NCBI GenBank assembly: GCA_045592345.1
Contig: JAZNUN010000083.1
Span: 7,987 to 71,986 of the forward strand
Length of the DNA: 64,000 bases
Reading direction: 5' to 3'
From: Acutalibacteraceae bacterium
GTDB lineage: Bacteria > Bacillota > Clostridia > Oscillospirales > Acutalibacteraceae
A program made the position numbers and the translations under genes. The notes below the pieces were generated by a model. That model was not told the DNA's origin, made no database searches, and was given only the letters and a program-made list of their open reading frames with translations. Numbering within the stretch: position 1 is the stretch's first letter; every line of letters begins with the position of its first letter. This document shows positions 62,364 to 64,000 of this stretch, piece after piece.

Positions 62364-63215
62364 TTATGCTTTTTCCCTTTTGAAGAGGTGGTGTAAGTCC
62401 TCTTTAAATCGCTTATGATCCCAGATGAGGGTAATGAGAAATGCCAGAGGGGTCAGCAGAATAAAGGCGGCGGGGAACAGCCAGAACCAGGGCCAATACT
62501 TGGCCTGCCCCGCAAACTCGCCCACGGGGATGGTGCGGAGGAACTTAGGGCAGAACAGCGCCAAGAACTCGCCGATGGCGTCGTTTTCGCCGGGGCCCCA
62601 GATGTAAGAGGAGTTTTTGTAACCGATGGCGAAAATATCGTTTCCGCGCAGGGGGATGAAGCCTAATTCGCTCTGGAAGATCTGGTTGAGGATAATGAAT
62701 AGCATCAGCAAGAGCAGACCTACCGGTGCCACCCATATCCGTTTATAGGAGAGAGTATGCTGCTTCCACAGCACCATCAGCAGCGGCACGGTCATAATCA
62801 TCCAATGGTGGAAATAGAAACGGACAATATCCCAGAACTCCGCCAGCTGGTCCACCTTAGCAAGGGGCTCCTGCGGATAGAATAGCACGATCAGACCGGA
62901 GATGACCCCTATGTAGAACATATAGTCCTTTATGTACTTATTCTTGCAGAAGAAAAAGAAGGGGAACAGGGCGATGTTGGCACCGCAGATGTTGACAAAC
63001 CAGGAATCCCGCAGCATACGGGCCTCGTCGGTGGAATAGGGCGGAATGTACGCTTTGAGGAAGTGGAGCAGGAGTCCCACCGCCAGCAGAGCAAACAGCA
63101 CACCTTTCTGTACCTTTTCGTCCGCTTTTCGCAGGGCGAAATACAACCCTACCGTAGCGGCAATCTGCAAGAAAAACCAGAAGAAATACCAACCGTTGAA
63201 CATTTGAATAATCAA
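62364..63215 (-). CDS. Polytopic membrane protein (YwaF/TMEM164-like, tentative)
   Basis: 283 aa with about 8 hydrophobic helices. TTG 63215 is preceded by AGGTGA; the alternative start is ATG 63203. Confidence 0.75.
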   Translation of the reverse strand: MIIQMFNGWYFFWFFLQIAATVGLYFALRKADEKVQKGVLFALLAVGLLLHFLKAYIPPYSTDEARMLRDSWFVNICGANIALFPFFFFCKNKYIKDYMFYIGVISGLIVLFYPQEPLAKVDQLAEFWDIVRFYFHHWMIMTVPLLMVLWKQHTLSYKRIWVAPVGLLLLMLFIILNQIFQSELGFIPLRGNDIFAIGYKNSSYIWGPGENDAIGEFLALFCPKFLRTIPVGEFAGQAKYWPWFWLFPAAFILLTPLAFLITLIWDHKRFKEDLHHLFKREKA

Positions 63216-63267
63216 AATGAGTCACCTGAATTCCGTGTTATTAATGTTATCGTAGCATTTTTTACAA

Positions 63268-63310
63268 AAAGAACAAGAAAACCCGAGCACCTTGACGAGC
63301 ACTCGGGTTA
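63268..63310 (-). terminator. Terminator of the DD-carboxypeptidase gene
   Basis: On the minus strand, the hairpin AACCCGAG...CTCGGGTT is followed by TTCTTGTTCTTTTT. Confidence 0.65.
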
Positions 63311-63316
63311 TCCGTG

Positions 63317-64000
63317 TTACTGAAAACTGATGTCCAGCAGGCCGCGGGTGTCGTCCCAGCGTCCGTGCTCGTCCTCGGCACCCATTACGATGGTGATGGT
63401 GGTGCGTCCGTTTCGCTCGGCACAGGCCGCCAAACAATACCCTGCCTCATCGGTGGAGCCGGTCTTAAGACCAAAGGCGCCCTCGTAGGTGTAGGCGGTG
63501 TCCGGCTGTAGCAGGAAATTGGAATTTTTCCAATCCACCCGCTGTCCGCTGATCAGATTGGTCTGCACCCGTGGGGTGGCCACGATCTCGCGGATGAGGG
63601 GATTGTCAATGGCGGCCAGGGCCACCTTCAGCATATCGTTGGCGGTGGTATAGTGGCCGTCCTCATGGTAGCCGTCGGGGTTAACGAACTTGGTGCCGGT
63701 GCAGCCCAGGGCGGCGGCTTTTTGGTTCATCGCCTCACAGAATTTGCTCACCGCCGCGTAGCGATCCAAATCGGGGTTACCCGCGATGGAGCGGCCCACC
63801 TGCACCGCGATGACATAGGCGGCGTCGTTGCCGGAGGGGAGCAGCAGGGCCTGGAGCAGCTGTGTCATAGTCAGGCGGGTGCCGGTGGTAAGATAGGCGC
63901 GGCTGGAGCCGGCGGAGATCATACTCACCTCGCTGCCTACGGTGATGACCTCCTCAGCCTGAACGTGGTCCAGTGCTACCAGCGCGGTGACCAGCTTGGT
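63317..64000 (-). CDS. D-alanyl-D-alanine carboxypeptidase (S11, PBP5-like); N-terminus lies beyond the right window edge
   Basis: The frame stays open upstream of the track start to position 64000 (TKLVTALVALDHVQAEEVITVGSEVSMISAG...), giving the xK part of the SxxK motif. SGN is present (LLPSGNDAA), as is KTG (GLKTGSTDEAG). Confidence 0.85.
   Translation of the reverse strand, partial: TKLVTALVALDHVQAEEVITVGSEVSMISAGSSRAYLTTGTRLTMTQLLQALLLPSGNDAAYVIAVQVGRSIAGNPDLDRYAAVSKFCEAMNQKAAALGCTGTKFVNPDGYHEDGHYTTANDMLKVALAAIDNPLIREIVATPRVQTNLISGQRVDWKNSNFLLQPDTAYTYEGAFGLKTGSTDEAGYCLAACAERNGRTTITIVMGAEDEHGRWDDTRGLLDISFQ

Noticed and set aside
1-64000. Search for tRNA/rRNA genes, transposases, integrases, phage genes, toxin-antitoxin pairs and known defence systems
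   Set aside because: No ORF shows the corresponding motifs (DDE/Tyr/Ser recombinase, cas, restriction-modification and so on). No cloverleaf-like or rRNA-like segment was noticed in the intergenic regions.

Overview
High-GC Gram-positive chromosome segment (well over half G+C by eye, strong G/C third-position bias). It looks like a gut or rumen Clostridia lineage (Oscillospiraceae/Ruminococcaceae-like), judging from dockerin/cohesin modules, an ECF-type FolT behind a THF riboswitch, GGAGG Shine-Dalgarno sites and TTGACA-17-(TGn)TATAAT promoters. I call about 56 protein genes. I found no rRNA, tRNA, CRISPR array, transposase or integrase. Layout: (i) 1-12.6 kb is a minus-strand AraC-led sugar-uptake operon with two ABC permease pairs, one 964-aa CBM-like/solute-binding fusion, an NHL-propeller/Yip1 fusion, a 751-aa membrane-anchored unknown and a lipoprotein. 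It has no recognisable glycoside hydrolase or ATPase. (ii) 12.7-17.6 kb holds two C-terminally membrane-anchored surface proteins that share an unrecognised head module. (iii) 17.9-30 kb is housekeeping (greA, lysS, DEAD-box helicase, rpsO-pnp) interleaved with wall/surface genes. (iv) 30.9-39 kb holds a dockerin-tagged paralogue of the head module, a cohesin+dockerin+solute-binding-protein fusion, hflX, a PRPP-synthetase-like gene and an LRR-dockerin protein with an internal low-GC patch. (v) 39-52.3 kb is housekeeping (lipid kinase, glgP, proS, two cyclophilins, murF-ddl). (vi) 52.36-53.3 kb is a roughly 0.73-kb low-GC cassette that appears inserted into the ddl terminator hairpin (16-bp direct repeats, imperfect terminal inverted repeats, one orphan lipoprotein gene), followed by a composite palindromic element. 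(vii) 53.3-64 kb holds a heterodimeric ABC exporter, LacI, a DMT transporter, Mrp/NBP35, the THF riboswitch-folT unit and a DD-carboxypeptidase that runs off the right edge. The best candidates for undescribed biology are the hydrolase-less uptake operon with its NHL-Yip1 and 751-aa proteins, the cohesin/dockerin-tethered solute-binding protein with its non-CAZyme dockerin partners, and the terminator-targeted low-GC cassette. All functional names come from motifs read by eye. No database search was run.
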